Positions 1 through 34,394 of a stretch of DNA of 64,000 nt are shown piece after piece. A model generated the notes under the pieces. It worked only from the letters and a program-made list of their open reading frames with translations. It had not been told where the DNA came from and did not search any database. Source of the stretch: Amoebidium appalachense (Eukaryota; Protista; Ichthyosporea). Each line of letters starts with the position of its first letter. Positions within the stretch are counted from its first letter, which is position 1. The DNA lies in the NCBI GenBank assembly GCA_963693365.1, contig CAVNZM010000005.1, positions 9,218,334 through 9,282,333 of the forward strand, in the 5' to 3' direction. A program made the translations under genes and the position numbers.

Positions 1-26
1 GTACACACGTACACACACACGTACAG

Positions 27-95
27 GCCGGTGAGATTGTTGCCGACATCGACACGCTCGTTGCCAAGCTCAAAGCCGCCGGCGCCGTGGCCTAA
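27..95 (+). CDS. ETFB: Electron transfer flavoprotein beta subunit, terminal exon (gene begins upstream of window)
   Basis: After acceptor gtacag (AG at 25-26) the frame reads AGEIVADIDTLVAKLKAAGAVA-TAA, resembling the ETF-beta C-terminus (AGxxVxxxxxLVxKLKxxG). GC3-rich codons. Confidence 0.75.
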   Translation, partial: AGEIVADIDTLVAKLKAAGAVA

Positions 96-395
96 GCATC
101 CGCCAGCACACACACACAGTTCCTGATCGAACACACCCTACGTGCCCGTATTCACACACAATCTCACACCTACCCCTATGTTGCGTTAATATTCGTTCAT
201 TTTCAGCTGAATGACATGTATAAATCGAGTGGATGTATCAGTGTTGGCTGTTGGCAGTATGCGGCTGGGCCTATACGTACGTGCACACGTATATACGTAT
301 ATGTACGTGCGCACGGACGGATACCCGTGTATGTGAGTGCATTAAAACGGCTGCAACACATGGTTGTGTTGAGGTGTGGCTTGGCTGGTCTCCCC

Positions 396-440
<45 letters not shown>

Positions 441-606
441 CCTCGTCCCTGCTCGGGGGCGCGCACGCGGGCCAGAGGGGCCCCTTCAGCTGGCACCAAG
501 CACATGCGTATACACACACACACATACACACTGCTCTTAATTCTCACAGGTTGACTGTATCATGTGTGTATTCCTATATTGTTGCTGTCCCGATTTGGGA
601 AGACCT

Positions 607-648
<42 letters not shown>

Positions 649-1667
649 CCTCTGCTCTCCCAATCTCTCTCCCTCCCTCCCTCCCTCCCCCCTCTCTCTC
701 TGTCTCTCTTTCTCCCCCCCCCCCCCCCCCCCCTCTAGATCTTGCTCACCCCGCCCCCTCCCCCCTCCCTCCCCCCTCCCTCTCTCACTCTCGCAGTGCG
801 CGCTCTCTCTCCCCTTTTTCGAATTCTCTTTCGAAAAGAAATTTCGGTTCGTATCATCACTAGAACACACTGCCGTCGGACTCCCGCTTGGGCAGCTCAG
901 CTGAGCTCAAAACATCTCCATGGTAACACAGCACGTGTATGCATCCATACAGTTGTTTGCACGTGTTTGCGCACATGTACATTTTGTGCAGTGTGTGCAA
1001 ACGTGTGTGTGGCGGCGCCAGTGTGTGTGGTGCGCACCTCGTATATATGATGAACCTGGGCCTACCAGGTCTTGCGCAAAAAAAGAGGGCACATGCGGCA
1101 TGCATGCATGGCTAATAGTTTATAACTTTGTGGGTGATATCGATGTTCATGCGCACATTTATACAGTCACTTTCATTTGTAGCACGGTAAGTGTCCGACT
1201 CAACGTCGGGGCGTACATTTGTGCGTGTGCGTAAGTGTGTGGGTAGGGAGGCCGAAGAGGTAGGGAGGGAGGGGAAGAAGGGGGGGCGGGGGGGCTCGAC
1301 ACGATAGGAACAACCGCCCACGTAATACTATACGTATGATGCAGTAAGACCAACATTAGCATGCATATGGCTGGCTATATAGCTCAGAATTTCGAAATTG
1401 TTGGCCATGGAGTTGTGGTACTTCTGCAAAAGTTTCTGTCTTCGAACGGAGTGTGTGTGCGTGCGCGTGTCTGTGTGTGCGCGCTGCGCGAGTGCTTTGT
1501 CAAGTCGGAGTCTTTAAAATAATTCATTCTTTCATTCCTTCTTTTTCTTTTTCTTTTTTTTTCTTTCTTCCTTTCTTCCTTTCTTTCCTTTTTTCTTTCT
1601 TTCCTTTTTCTTCCTTTTCCTTTTTTTCTTTTTCTTCTCTCTCTCTTTTTTTTCTTTTCTTTTTTTT

Positions 1668-1702
<35 letters not shown>

Positions 1703-1712
1703 ACCTTTTTAA

Positions 1713-1872
1713 TCTCTATGGTGCTTCGTAGAGTAAGAACATTCTGATATATATCAGCACCCGACATCTATGTACCTGATCATGATATACCGCTGAGGGG
1801 ATATTCCGAGCAAAAACCCCCCATACCTGAGACCATGGTCTCTCTTTGCCTCGAGTAAACAGCGTAAACCCC
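1713..1872 (+). repeat. Dispersed repeat of about 160 bp (SINE-like or retroelement end), copy 1
   Basis: Reverse complement of about 54715-54884 with long identical blocks (GGGGTTTACGCTGTTTACTCGAGGCAAAGAGA; GCTCGGAATATCCCCTCAGCGGTATATCATGATCA; TACATAGATGTCGGGTG). Flanked by (GT)n. Confidence 0.8.
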
Positions 1873-1891
1873 GTGTGTGTGTGTGTGTGTG

Positions 1892-1942
<51 letters not shown>

Positions 1943-2633
1943 TGCTTACGGAAAACATAAGATTTGCAATAATACATAAAATTTTTTACTATCACGACGG
2001 TTTTGATAATATGTGGACAACGTCTATCATATCACCGGTGCATGCACATAACAAATACACACATCTGACAGCGTGAGCGTTTTAGATACTAACCGGTAAG
2101 CAATGTGTGAACAGTGCAACACTGTCCTCGAGATAACCGGAACAAAATGAATTCCCTGCTATTGGATATTTCAAAGTCCACCGGTCGGTTTGGCACGCTA
2201 CTGTATATAGGCCACACCACTATCTATAGATATATATATATAAACAAGCCAATTACTACCTATAAACAGACAGCTGCTACAAATGGCAACACCACGCTCA
2301 AACATTTGCCGGGGGTCCATAGAAAGATAGCCAAACTAAATCAAGTTCAAAAAACAAGCAATTGAAAAACAAACAGAAAAATAAACACCATGAAACGTGC
2401 TGAACTCGAATTTCATCCAAATCAGACTTGCAGTGCCAACACAAATTGCGTATGCTCGTGTGACCAACAACAAGAACGCCTAAGCCACTGACATTATAAC
2501 GAAAGCATGCTGGGTTCCCCTGATAATGTAAAGGGTTTTTTAGAACTTAGAGAAAGCAGTGCTTGTTTGCAGTATATTTCAGGATCCAATCCATTTATAT
2601 GGTTATTGTTACCGATCACCGTGAGAACATGAT

Positions 2634-2672
<39 letters not shown>

Positions 2673-2863
2673 TTCTCCCCCCCCTCCCCTCCCCCTCCTC
2701 CTAACACATGCAACACACACACACACCCGCACCATTAGTGATATTCCCGTCGTCAAAAAAAGGAAAAAAGGGGGGGCTCCCACATGTACGCTCCCATCCC
2801 CACCGGTGCACATGCACCACACATCCCGCCAGTGGCACCGATCGCGCCGATCCGCTAAGCCGA

Positions 2864-14115
<11,252 letters not shown>

Positions 14116-14877
14116 CCTTCTAGTTCTGAAGTGAAAGAACCCCTAAACGTGGGACCTTGGTCGGGCTAAAACAGCACCAACTGCCACCGAACAAAAGGCC
14201 AAAAACCGGCCTCGTAACACCGTGATGGAAGTGCTGGAAGGATTATAATATGCAAGCGTGTATGTTTCTCCTGCTACAATGCCCAGTGCAAGCTATTTCT
14301 CGCTGTTTGAAAAACTAGGTAAAACCTTCATGGAAAAATTCGAAAGGGGTTTTGGAGAACATGACACTTTCTCAACTCCAGTGTCGCTGACCCGTTGGAC
14401 TCGGACAAGAGTTGGAGTTGAATAAAGAAAAAACGCAGACCCATATCTGAAAGCCAATCATAAATGCGGAACCTAAAAGCAGGAATGTGAGATCGCAATG
14501 ATTTGATTAATAGAAAATATTATCACTAGAATATCCAATACAGTAAACCGCCCGAATTTGTAGTAATAGATATAAATGGAAAAAAGATACCAATTATCAT
14601 TTCGATGGTTCTGCGTGGGCCCAGCTGGGCAGCACGGGCGGCTTTCCAAACTGCAGTGCTTTTTTTTGTACAGTACTGGAACAAAATAAACTTCGGGCGT
14701 CGGTGATGCACTTTCATTTTTATTTTTTTTGTTTTTATCAACTCAAAAGCGCTGCCCACTGTAGAGAATTGTGAGAGTTTCGGTGAGTTTGGGTTACTGT
14801 GAGGAGGGAGTGTAAGTGTTGCCTGTTTGAAGGACCTGGCATTGGGTGGGTGTGGTTGTGGGATATCCATACACTCG

Positions 14878-15320
<443 letters not shown>

Positions 15321-16521
15321 TGCGCGCGCCAAGTAAGTGAGGTCCGGGTAGTGGACACTTGGTTTGAGTATTGTGTGGTTCACATGTGCACATCACCATA
15401 GGTTTCTTCGTTTTGAGTTTGTAAACTGTACTGGTGGCGCATGGTCTGTGCACAACAGGAGAGACATCTTCGGACCGTTTTGTCGTGTGTGACCAGGTGC
15501 TGTAGAAGGGCACGTGTGCCAACGTATTCTTTCTCCGAAGCCAAGCATGTTGGTTGTTTCTGCATACACTGCAAATGGCTGTGAGATTATACGATGGAGG
15601 ATTGACTGTAATCTGTACGTACTGGTGTCTTGCGGTTTGCAGCAGTATTAATTGTGAACATGTGTTAAGATTATGTGCCACTGCCTTGTTTTATCCCATG
15701 GATCTGTGTGGCTTGCTTCTCACCAGATGGGATACAAAAACACTTTTATATAATTGTTCTTTGATTAGAATTTTGGTGAAAGGAGATGAGCAAAAGAGAA
15801 GCGAATGTCGCGAAGTAAGTGACCTGAAGTTCCGCCACAAAATTCAACAGTGTACAGCAGTGCATCAACGTAACTATGCACTATCTTATTGGAAAAGTTT
15901 GCCTTGTTAGTCGCCCTGCTATACTTATGATACATCAAATTATTAATAAAGAGCAAACAATCTTGATTATACTCTGCAGTGTTACTCCCCCCCCCTCCCC
16001 CCTCCTCCCCCCCCCCTCTCTCTCCCCCTCCCTGCCCACCATGTTCACCTCCTCAACTATGTAGGCCCTTCCGGAAATGAGGGCAGCCGTAGGAGGTCGA
16101 AGGGTCCCTCAGATATGGTTCACAGTAGTATTGGTTATAGAAGTGTGACCGTGGCTGCAAAAATGCTGTGCGTGTGATCCTCGGACCAGTGTTTTTTTTT
16201 CTTTTTCCCCAGTGTCTTTTCGCTTCCCAAGTTTTCTCCTTGTTCTTTTCAAGTTGTGGTCACAAACTTTATTTTTCGTTGTGCCGCAGTGCGACGTTGG
16301 CTGATGCGATTTGATAACAACGAAATAATAGCCAATCAACATCCGTAATAGCACGAGCGCGGTCTTCTCGTTTTTTTCACGGCGTTTTTTTTTCTTCAAG
16401 AGCGAGCGCAAGCTTTTCACTCTGCCATCCGCAGGCCTGTGCCCATATTATAATTCAGGGGGGGGTAAAGACTTTGACTGCAGTTGTTTTACTTTGAGGC
16501 TTACCTGTGATAACCGCAACC

Positions 16522-17559
16522 ATGGCACCGCCTCAAAACTTCCAGCTGAACCAAACCATGGTATGTATTGGTCCTCTTGATTATGTGGTGGTGGTGGTGG
16601 TGGTGGTGGTTGTGGTGGTGGTGGTGGTGGTGTGTGCTGTGGGCGGGAGAGTGTGTGCGCGTACGTGTGGGTGGGGTGTGTGTGCGTGTGTAGGTGGGCG
16701 AGGGTGTGTATATGGTTGGGAGAGTGTGTGCGTGTGTAGGTGGAAGAAGCTGTTTTTTTTTTTTTAAAAAAAAAAGAGAAAATACAAATTCTTGAAGTGA
16801 ATCGTGCTGGGTCACGGCACCTCTGTGCAAACAAACAGAGCGTTCATGCCTTGTTATTGTGAAAATCCCATCCCCCCTTCTCATGTGCATTTCTTAAGGC
16901 CTTTTTGACTTAAGAATGTGCTTTATTTTGGGGTTCACTTTGTTCCTGCATCTTGCAAAATTCTTCGACGATGGTCCCTTTTGTGAACTTCTGACCTTCT
17001 GTCCTACCAATTTGTTTTGTATCCTCCTCCTCCCCCCCCCCCCTGCCTCCCCCCGCCCTCCCCCCCCCCCCCCCCCCACCCCCCAAATAAAAGCCTCATC
17101 TTCCCTACCGTGGTCACTTTCGCTCGTTTTTGTTCTTTCTTCCTTCTTCCCTCCTATTTCTGCTTGACCCCATCCCTCTCTGATTCCGGTCCTTCCAAGT
17201 CCCCCTACGTCTGCTTGTGTCTTCGGGTCAATAACCCATTCCAACCCTCTTTGTTATCCTTTCATTCTCAGCGTGCGTGTCCATGCTTCACGCTTTCCAA
17301 TTGGCGTTTCTTTGTCCCTCAATTCCCTATGGCGACCCCCCCCACCACCACCTCCCCCCCCCCACACACACACACACACTCACACACTCACAGACACGTC
17401 CGCACACAAGTACACACACACACACAGACACACAGACACCCCTCTCTCTCTCTCTCTCCCTCTCTCTCTCTCTCTCCCCCCCCTCTCTTCCTCCCTCCCT
17501 TCCTCCCTCCCGCCCCTCTCTTTCTTCCCCCCCCCCCCCCTTCTCCACCTGTCATATTC

Positions 17560-17591
<32 letters not shown>

Positions 17592-17756
17592 CCGCCGCCA
17601 CGGCCCACTCACACACCTAAAGTTGCTACTTAAAACCCTTTCCTTTTCGTTAGCACCCATACCCGTTCAGTTCCGCACCACACCATCACACACGTATTTT
17701 CACACCCATCCTTAATTCCCCTGAGGCTCACACACTTACATGCGCAAAATGGGCCT

Positions 17757-17818
<62 letters not shown>

Positions 17819-18334
17819 CCCCGGCTCCCCCACTCCCACACACACACACGGACCACACACACACTTTTTTCTCCCAGATGCGGATCAAGGATCCAGCCAA
17901 GTCCATACCCTTCTACACAGAGCATTTCGGCATGACACTCATTGCGGAAAACCACTACCCAGACGCCAAGTTTTCCTTGTACTTCCTCATCACCCTCCCT
18001 GAGGGTCAGGTGGCGCCTCCTATTGGCACTGAAGAGGCTAAGAAGTATATGCACTCGGGCAAATATGGGTGAGTTTTGCTGACGTTGGGTAAAAAATGAT
18101 GTTAGTGTACACGATCTCAAGATCTGCCTTTTTTTTTTTGTCTTTATTGGTGCCTTTGGCCTATGAATGTTTGTGGGTGGGTGGGTGGGTCAGTGGGTGG
18201 GTGGGTGGGTGAGTTGTGTGTGTGTGTGCCCGTCTGTGCCTGTGTGTATCTGTGTTTGTGTGTGTGGTGGAGGAAAGGTGTGCACGTGTGTGCGTGCGCG
18301 TGTGTGCATGTGCATGCGGGCACGCGCGTGTGTG

Positions 18335-18374
<40 letters not shown>

Positions 18375-19525
18375 TACAGGTGCACACCCTAATATAGCCT
18401 ATTTCTTTGCGCTGCAGGGTGACCCTCGAGCTGACACACAACCACGGCACTGAGTCTGATCCAGACTTCAAGTACCACAACGGTTAGTCGAATCTCTGTA
18501 CTTGTTTTCTTTCTTTCTTCCCTTTTTTCCTACTTCTTCTTCTTTTTCCCCCTTTTCTTCTTGGTGTGTGTGTGTGTGTGTTTTGGGGGGGGGGGGGGGG
18601 GGGGGGGGTGGAGGGCTCTCGTGTAGTCGTGCTACCCCCCCCCCACATACACACACACACACAAACACCCCCCTCACCCACCCACCCATTCACCCACCCC
18701 CTCCCCCTCCCGCCCCCCCTCCCCCCCACGCACACACAAACCTACCCACACACACGCACACAAATACCTCCCCCTTCCACCCCCTCCCCCCCCCCCCCCC
18801 CCCTCTCCCCCCCCTCCCCCCCCTCCCCCCCCACACACCCACACAGGCAACAGTGACCCGCGTGGGTTTGGTCACATTGGGTTTCTAGTTGACGACCTGC
18901 ATGGGTTCTGTTCTGATCTGGAGGCCAAGGGGGTTGCCTTCAAGAAGCGACCCAACGAGGGAAACATGCACAATCTGGCTTTCGCTTTTGACCCCGACGG
19001 GTAAGATTTCTGCCCCCCCCCCCCCCTCCCCCCCCCCCCCCCCCCCCCCCCCCTCACCGCCACCGCCGCACCCACCACCCCCATCAACACTTTTCGAATA
19101 GGGTTTCGCATGCGGGGTGAATGGGTCGAAACTTGGATATTGTGGATGACTTGCCCGTCCCCCCTCCCCCTCCCCCCCCCCCCCCCCTCCCCCCGGCGCC
19201 TGCCCGTCCGTCCGCCCCCGGCTCTGCTGATGGTTCATACTCTTTGCATATGCTTTGGCAAAGTCTACATTGTGTTGTCGTAATGAACCAGTAATTCGTA
19301 CTCCATGACACATTTTTATCCCCCTCTCCCCCCCCCCAAAAAAAAAAAAAAAAGAAGAAGAAGAAAAGAAAGAAAGAAAGAAAGAAAGAAAGAAAAGAAA
19401 AGAAAATAGAGACCTATCGAATCATACCCAACCATGTAACATTTATAACAAGTACTCCGATAAACCAACTGTTGAACCCCCTCCCACCCCCCCACCCCCC
19501 TCCTCCTCCTCCTCCCCCCTTTCCT

Positions 19526-19557
<32 letters not shown>

Positions 19558-20243
19558 TGCAGCTATTGGGTGGAGATCATCCAGAAGAGCTCCAATGCCG
19601 TGATCAAGGGCAGACCCACCTTCCAGCAGACCATGCTGCGCATCAAAGACCCCACCCCCAGCCTGAAATTTTACACTGAAGTGTGCGGCATGACCCTTAT
19701 TGATGAGGTAATTTACTTCGACACCCCCCCCCCCTCCCCCCCCCCCTTCCCCTTCCCTCCCCTCTCTCTCCCCCCCCCCCCCCCCCCCCGCCTCCCCCTT
19801 CTTCTTTGTCTTGTCTCCTCCCTCACCACACCTCGTGCGCGCTCACGCAATTTGGGTCTGTGGAACTAAGTGTGTCAATGTGTGTGTGTGTGTGCATAAA
19901 AGCACGTGTGTGTGCGCGTGCGCGCGCGCGTGTGTGTGTGTGTGTGTGGTGTGTGTATGTGTGCCATCGAACTGGGTGGGTTGCTCTGCTCCCTTGGGTT
20001 TCTCTGTTCCCGCCTGTTCATTTCTTCTAACACAACCATCTCCCCCCCCCCCCCCCCTCCCCCCCCCCCCCCCCCCCTCTTCCCCAGCCCCTCCTCTCTC
20101 CCGTTCCCACTCCACACACACTCTCCCACACATCCCTCCCCCCGCCCCCCCTGCCCCATGCACACACATGCAATTTCTCCCCCCCTCCCCCCCCCCCCCC
20201 CCCACACACTCACACACACACACACCTATCCTCCTCCCCCCCC

Positions 20244-20288
<45 letters not shown>

Positions 20289-20793
20289 ACTCACGCACTT
20301 ACCCCCTCCCTCAAACCCCCCCCCTTTTTTTTTTCCCTCCCTCCTTCCCCTCCCCTTCCCATCACACACGTATAAGCGCACACGCACAGACACACACACA
20401 CACGCACACACACACACACACACACGTACACACACACCCACACACACACCCCCATCCACCCCCCCTCACACACACATACACACACGTACACACACACACA
20501 CACGTACACACACACTTACCCCCTCCCCCCCTCCCCTCCCCCCCCCCCTCGCCGCACACACACACACACGAACACACACGAACACACACGTACACAGCTG
20601 CCCTTCCCCCAGTGGCAGTTCACCATCTACTTCCTAGCCCACCTGACTGAGGAGCAAAAGAAGTCACTTCCTGCACCGGGCACCGAAGAGGCTCACGACT
20701 ATGTTTGGAGCTTCCCCGGTACGACCCTGGAGCTGACGCATAACCACGGCACTGAAAAGGGCCCTGAGTTTAAGGTTGGGCTCTCGGGTTTTT

Positions 20794-20825
<32 letters not shown>

Positions 20826-21178
20826 GTGGGTGGGTGGGGGGGGGGGGGGGGGGGGGGGGGGGGGATGGGGGTCGTTGTTTTTCCGGTCAATATCCGAACT
20901 GGTAACAGTCTGAACACTGACCAATGAGGTAGACTTTTAAAACCCTATCTAATATTAATCTGCGTGCTCCAAGCGTTTATAGACACCATCTCGTTATTCC
21001 AAAGCAGTTCGGAAAGCCACTGACCTTCTACCCTTTAACCCATCTACCCCCTCCCTCCCCCCCTCCCCCCCACCCACCCATCCACCCAAACCCCACTCCC
21101 CTCGCCCTTTCCCTACCCCTAATCTACTCCCCCCCTCCCCCTTCTCATCTTCTTCCAACACACACACTCGTACACACG

Positions 21179-21221
<43 letters not shown>

Positions 21222-21448
21222 ACACACACAGAACCAACACCACCACCACCACCACCACACATGTTCCTTGTCGTACCCCCACCCTTCTTGCCCCCCCCCC
21301 CCCCCCCCCCCCCCCTGCATACACACACACGCACACACACAACCCACAGTACGACAATGGGAATGTTGAGCCCCACCGTGGTTTTGGACACATTGCATTC
21401 ATGGTAACACCCCCCCCCCCCCCCACCCGTCCCGCACACACACATACG

Positions 21449-21531
<83 letters not shown>

Positions 21532-22225
21532 TACCACCACCACCACCACCTTCTCATGTGTCTCTTGACTGCACGATTATTTTGAGGTTTTTTCTTTGTA
21601 ATTTCTAGCGCTTGCTTTGAAACTTTTAAATTCATAGCCTTCCCCTCCTCCCCCCCCCTCCCCCCTCCCCCCCCTCTTTCTCCCCCTCCCCCCCCCCTCC
21701 TTTCCCCTGCCCCCTGATGATGCATACTCTGGATGTGTGGTATACAATCTGCGTTGTTGTCCGTTATGAATGTGCATTGGTTCTCTGTGACGCATTTACT
21801 CCCCCCTCCCCCCCTCCCCCCCCCCCCCCCCCCCCCCCCGCGCAAGCTTTCTCTGTGTTCCTGGTGGCCACAGTAGAAGCCAATGGGAACAAAAGTGATA
21901 AGCTGAGTATTATTCTTTGATGTAAACATTGAGTTGAGTGAGCAAGGGTGGGTGGGTGGCACCCGGGGGGGGGGGGGGGGGGGGGGGAGGGGGGGGGGGG
22001 GGGGGGGGAAGGGAAGAAGGGGGGGGGGGGGGGGGGGGGCTGCGCTCTTGAACGAAGTTCGACAACAGTGAGGTGATGTGTGTTTCTCGTTTGGCGGTCG
22101 GAAGAGTAGCCTGGTGCTTGTTCTGTTTCCTGACACTGTATGCTTTGCGTTTTCGTTCGACAGTCGGAGAGATGGAGGTTCGGGGGGGGGGGGGAGGTTG
22201 GGATCAGGTGTGTGTGTGTGTATGT

Positions 22226-22267
<42 letters not shown>

Positions 22268-22858
22268 GGTAAGATAAACGTGTTCCTATCTGTTCATTAT
22301 GCACAGAAAAAAAAAAATTTTGTAAAGAAGGCTCATGATTTGCCCCCCCCCCCCCCCCCCCCCCTCCCCCCCCCCCCCCCCCCTCCGTCTGCCCCCTTCT
22401 AGGTGGATGACGTTTATGCGGCCTGTGAGTATCTGGAAACCCAGGGAGTATCCTTCCAGAAGAAACCAAACGAGGGCAGGATGAAGGGCCTGGCTTTTGC
22501 CCTCGACCCCGATGGGTATGCACAAACACCCCCCCCCCCCAAAAGAAAAAAAAAAAAAAAAAAAAAAACACCACCACCACCGCCACCATCATTACCACTA
22601 CCACACAAAAAGAGGAAAAACCACCCGTGGGGAAGAGGGGGGGGGGGGGGGGGGAGGGGGGTAGCAAAGGGGGGGGGGGGGAGGGGGGTAGCAAGGGGGG
22701 GGGGGGGGGGGGGGGGGGGGGTCTCAAGATGGTCATAATGCAAGGATTCAGAAGGCTGACGAACCCCCCACCCCCCCACCCCAATCCCTGCTACACCAAA
22801 CTGCATTAAAATTTGACATGCGTGTGAGATATTGTCTTATCAACACTCATGGTTCGTT

Positions 22859-22895
<37 letters not shown>

Positions 22896-23309
22896 GAAGA
22901 GTTTTGGGAGGATGAAAGGGTTAACGGGGATAATAGGGACTGTTATATTTTTTTGGATACCCATTGCAGAATCCCAACAGAGATGCATGCCTTTTGACGA
23001 TGCGTGTTTGGGCCATTTGTACGATGTTTTGTGTGGGTGTGGGTGTGTGTGTTGGTAGTGTAGGGGGTAGGGGGGGGGGGGGGGGGGGGGGGGGGATCAG
23101 GTGGAGCTATCGGGCAAATATTGAAGTTTCGTTCAGTGTCGTGTTTTTTTTGGATGCACCCCGACAGGATGGCGAATTTAATACTTGGACTGGGCAATAA
23201 TAACACTTGGTATCCCCTACCATCATGCATGGCACAATAGAATCTGTATGAACGAACAATCCTGCACTCCCACGCATGCATACACACACATGCACGCATG
23301 CACGCGAAT

Positions 23310-23388
<79 letters not shown>

Positions 23389-23430
23389 CACACCCACCGC
23401 ACACACCGCACACAACACACATGCACCCCC

Positions 23431-23469
<39 letters not shown>

Positions 23470-23484
23470 CACACGCACACACAC

Positions 23485-23525
<41 letters not shown>

Positions 23526-23568
23526 CTACTGGGTTGAGATCGTGAAGAGATCGGCCGATGCCTACTAA
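16522..23568 (+). CDS. GLO1: Lactoylglutathione lyase (glyoxalase I), internally duplicated two-active-site type, 9 exons, about 326 aa
   Basis: Exons: 16522-16560, 17878-18068, 18418-18482, 18847-19000, 19563-19707, 20598-20774, 21350-21403, 22403-22515, 23526-23568. All GT-AG, 981 nt in frame. Both halves have (N/Q)QTM(M/L)[22 protein letters not shown] and DPDGYWVEI. Confidence 0.95.
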
Positions 23569-23799
23569 GATCTTAGCTTTTTTTCTGATGGCCTTTCGGC
23601 ACTTCCTCGCGCAAACAGTACTCCAGCCTCTTCCTGATTGGTGGATCTGGCGCCAACTCTTTCCCCAGAGGCGTGTTTAGCTTGCCCTTGTTTTCTTCTC
23701 TTTTTTCCCCTAATTTCTTTCGTTTCTTTTTCCCTCATTTTTTTCCCGCATTCATTTTGTTTTTCAATGAAGCAAGCCCTTCTCCGTCCAACCTCTTCT

Positions 23800-23836
<37 letters not shown>

Positions 23837-24747
23837 CCCCGTTGGGCGCCCCCATTCTTCTCCTCCCCGGAGTCCCCCCTTCCCCCCCCCTCCCCCCCCC
23901 CCCCCCCCCCCCCCCTCCCAATAAAAAAAACAAACTCCGCCTGTTTCCTTTTCCCCACCTCACCAAAACCCTCTGCCTGGCATATCCCCACTCTTGCCAT
24001 GTTTTACTCTTAGCTCCGATAACTCTTAGTGTATTCATTTTAGTGTCCGTGCAATGACTTGCCAATCACAATGGTGATTTGGTTTGTTTGTGGCAGTGGG
24101 CAGAAGTGTTTGATACTACTTGTATAAAATTTTTGTAAAATGAATGTCTCGCTAAATTGATGTAAACTTCGTCATAAATCTCGCATTTTCCCCTTCAAAT
24201 TACATGTAATAAAAAGAAGTGGACACAGAGCAACCGGCTGTTATATTTCTTGGCTGACTGCAGCTGGCGGAATGTTGACGCGGATATGTACATGTTGATT
24301 TATGTATCTTTTCATGTAAGTCGTTGTGGTCACATAAGCTGTGTGGTTAGAAGAATTATCGGTGTGTGCTCGTATTGTATAAATGCGCACAGAGGGGCAC
24401 TGGTGACGCTCGTAGATGCATGTACATGCCCGTGTTTACACACTGTGCCAGGCAGACGCCCACAAGCATGCGCATAGTATTGCACACATGCACACAAATT
24501 TGCAGATAACGCGTGCACGCATGCATGCACACAGTACTATCATAGTTTTGCCATGGCCAATGAGCGAACGTTAACACCTTTCTCCCCCTCTCTCATCGAT
24601 CCCGTAAACTTGCTCTCTGAGAACTAGTAGGTCTGACTCGACTCTCAGTCTACGTTTTATATTGCTTGTCTCCTCTCAGGCTCATAATTTCTCCAACCTT
24701 CCCCCCCTCCCTCCCCACCCCTCTCCCCCCCCTCTTCCGAACCCTTT

Positions 24748-24854
<107 letters not shown>

Positions 24855-25001
24855 TCCACATGCACACCGGTACATGTATAATGATAAATACAAGGATTGA
24901 CACGTGCACCATGGCACAGCTGGGCCGAGACGTCACATGAGTATTCGCACATTCTGAACCGTGCACGCGAGTGTATTGAGGTCGTGCTGGCGGTGTGCAC
25001 T

Positions 25002-25077
<76 letters not shown>

Positions 25078-25261
25078 TGTGTGTGTGTGTGTGTACTCGA
25101 ACCTCGAGAGTGTGGGACGGGCTAAATATGCGCAGGTTCTTATATGAAGGATACATTGATAGTAACTAATATTTAATGGTGTTATTAGAAATAAAACATA
25201 GGGATGGTTCAACAAAGGAGATGCCCGCGCGTGTGTGTGGGTGGTGATATGATAATGGTGT

Positions 25262-25298
<37 letters not shown>

Positions 25299-25429
25299 CG
25301 TTCGCGGCTTTCAGTCACCAATGCTCAGAATATTGCGCATTTGCCTTAAAAGGCAATCGCGCGATAGTCCGTTGCAGTGATAGTCCGTTGCAGTGACGAA
25401 GGGTTGAAGTTTTGTTTTCAACGTGTAAC

Positions 25430-25576
25430 ATTCAACAAAGTGTAACATACGCGTGTGAACACAAGTTCTACTAGTTATGTGAACGCATGCTCTACTAAGT
25501 AATTTCAACAAAGTGTAACATACGCATGTGAACACATGTCCTACTAGTTATGGGAACACATGCTCTACTAAGTAAT
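25430..25576. repeat. Tandem duplication, unit about 73 bp
   Basis: TTCAACAAAGTGTAACATACGC.TGTGAACACA.GT.CTACTAGTTATG.GAAC.CATGCTCTACTAAGTAAT twice. A 16-bp duplication GATAGTCCGTTGCAGT lies just upstream (about 25363-25395). Confidence 0.85.
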
Positions 25577-25610
25577 GTAATGTGTAAAGTGCATTGAGCC
25601 GATTTGTCAG

Positions 25611-33264
<7,654 letters not shown>

Positions 33265-33287
33265 TCCCCCCCCCCCCCCCCCCCCTC

Positions 33288-33327
<40 letters not shown>

Positions 33328-33567
33328 CTCACACGCGCTTCCCTCCCCCCCCCCCCCCCCATCTCATCTCTCACCCCCTGGACCCCATCATCTCCCGAGA
33401 CATGCACAGCCTCACACGTACGGCACCGTGTGGCACATCGAATGTTTTCCCCGTGTTTGAACTTCATATCCTCCATATTTCTCACCGTTAGAAAGGGGTC
33501 CCCTTCTCCAGTCAAAGATGCACGTATCCGCCCACGTGCGCACGTGCACACCCAGGCATATGCGCGT

Positions 33568-33656
<89 letters not shown>

Positions 33657-33854
33657 CACATGCACACTTGCTCTATACCGTAAAGCTGATCGCAATACAT
33701 TGCCCCTACAATCGACATCGACACCCCAACACCCATCGAATACCTGGATGATTTCATATGTGAATGAAGGATAGATAGTGACATCTGGTGGCCAGTCAGA
33801 GGGCGGAGGAAACGGGGGGGGGGGGGGGGGGGGAAGGGGGGGGGGGATTTGTGT

Positions 33855-33886
<32 letters not shown>

Positions 33887-34353
33887 GGAGGGGGAGGGAG
33901 GGGGGAAGGGCTAAATGCACGGGAATAGTAGGTTCTGGCGCAGAAAGATTCAGTCCTAGTGTTTTTGAATATTTATTCAATCAGAGCCATGTTTTCTTGG
34001 TGCTTGCTCCATAGTTTCGTCCCAGATATTGATTATTGCAGTGCTATAAAAACAGCAATGAGTGGGTGGGCGGGTGAGATACTTGAATGTATGCAAATAC
34101 TGTATTGAATGAATGAATGGGATAAACACAAATTATGAATGGAGTGGTTGAATTGGTAGAATATCGAATGAAATGAGTGAATGAACCGACACGGAGACGC
34201 AAATCCGCGAGGAGTTGTGTTGTGCTTTGTATCGAGTAAACTTCGTATGGTTGATCCTCCTTGTCCCGTGATCAGGATTGCTGCTAGCGCTTGGGCCAAA
34301 TAGGAAATGCACGTCAAGTCCTATTTTTTCTTTCTTTTCCCTTCTTTCTTGTG

Positions 34354-34394
<41 letters not shown>

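Noticed and set aside
14539-14800. Possible Tc1/pogo-type MITE (TA-CAGTAAACC...GGTTACTG)
   Set aside because: The inverted match is only about 9 bp, the right flank is TG rather than TA, and there is no second copy in the window.
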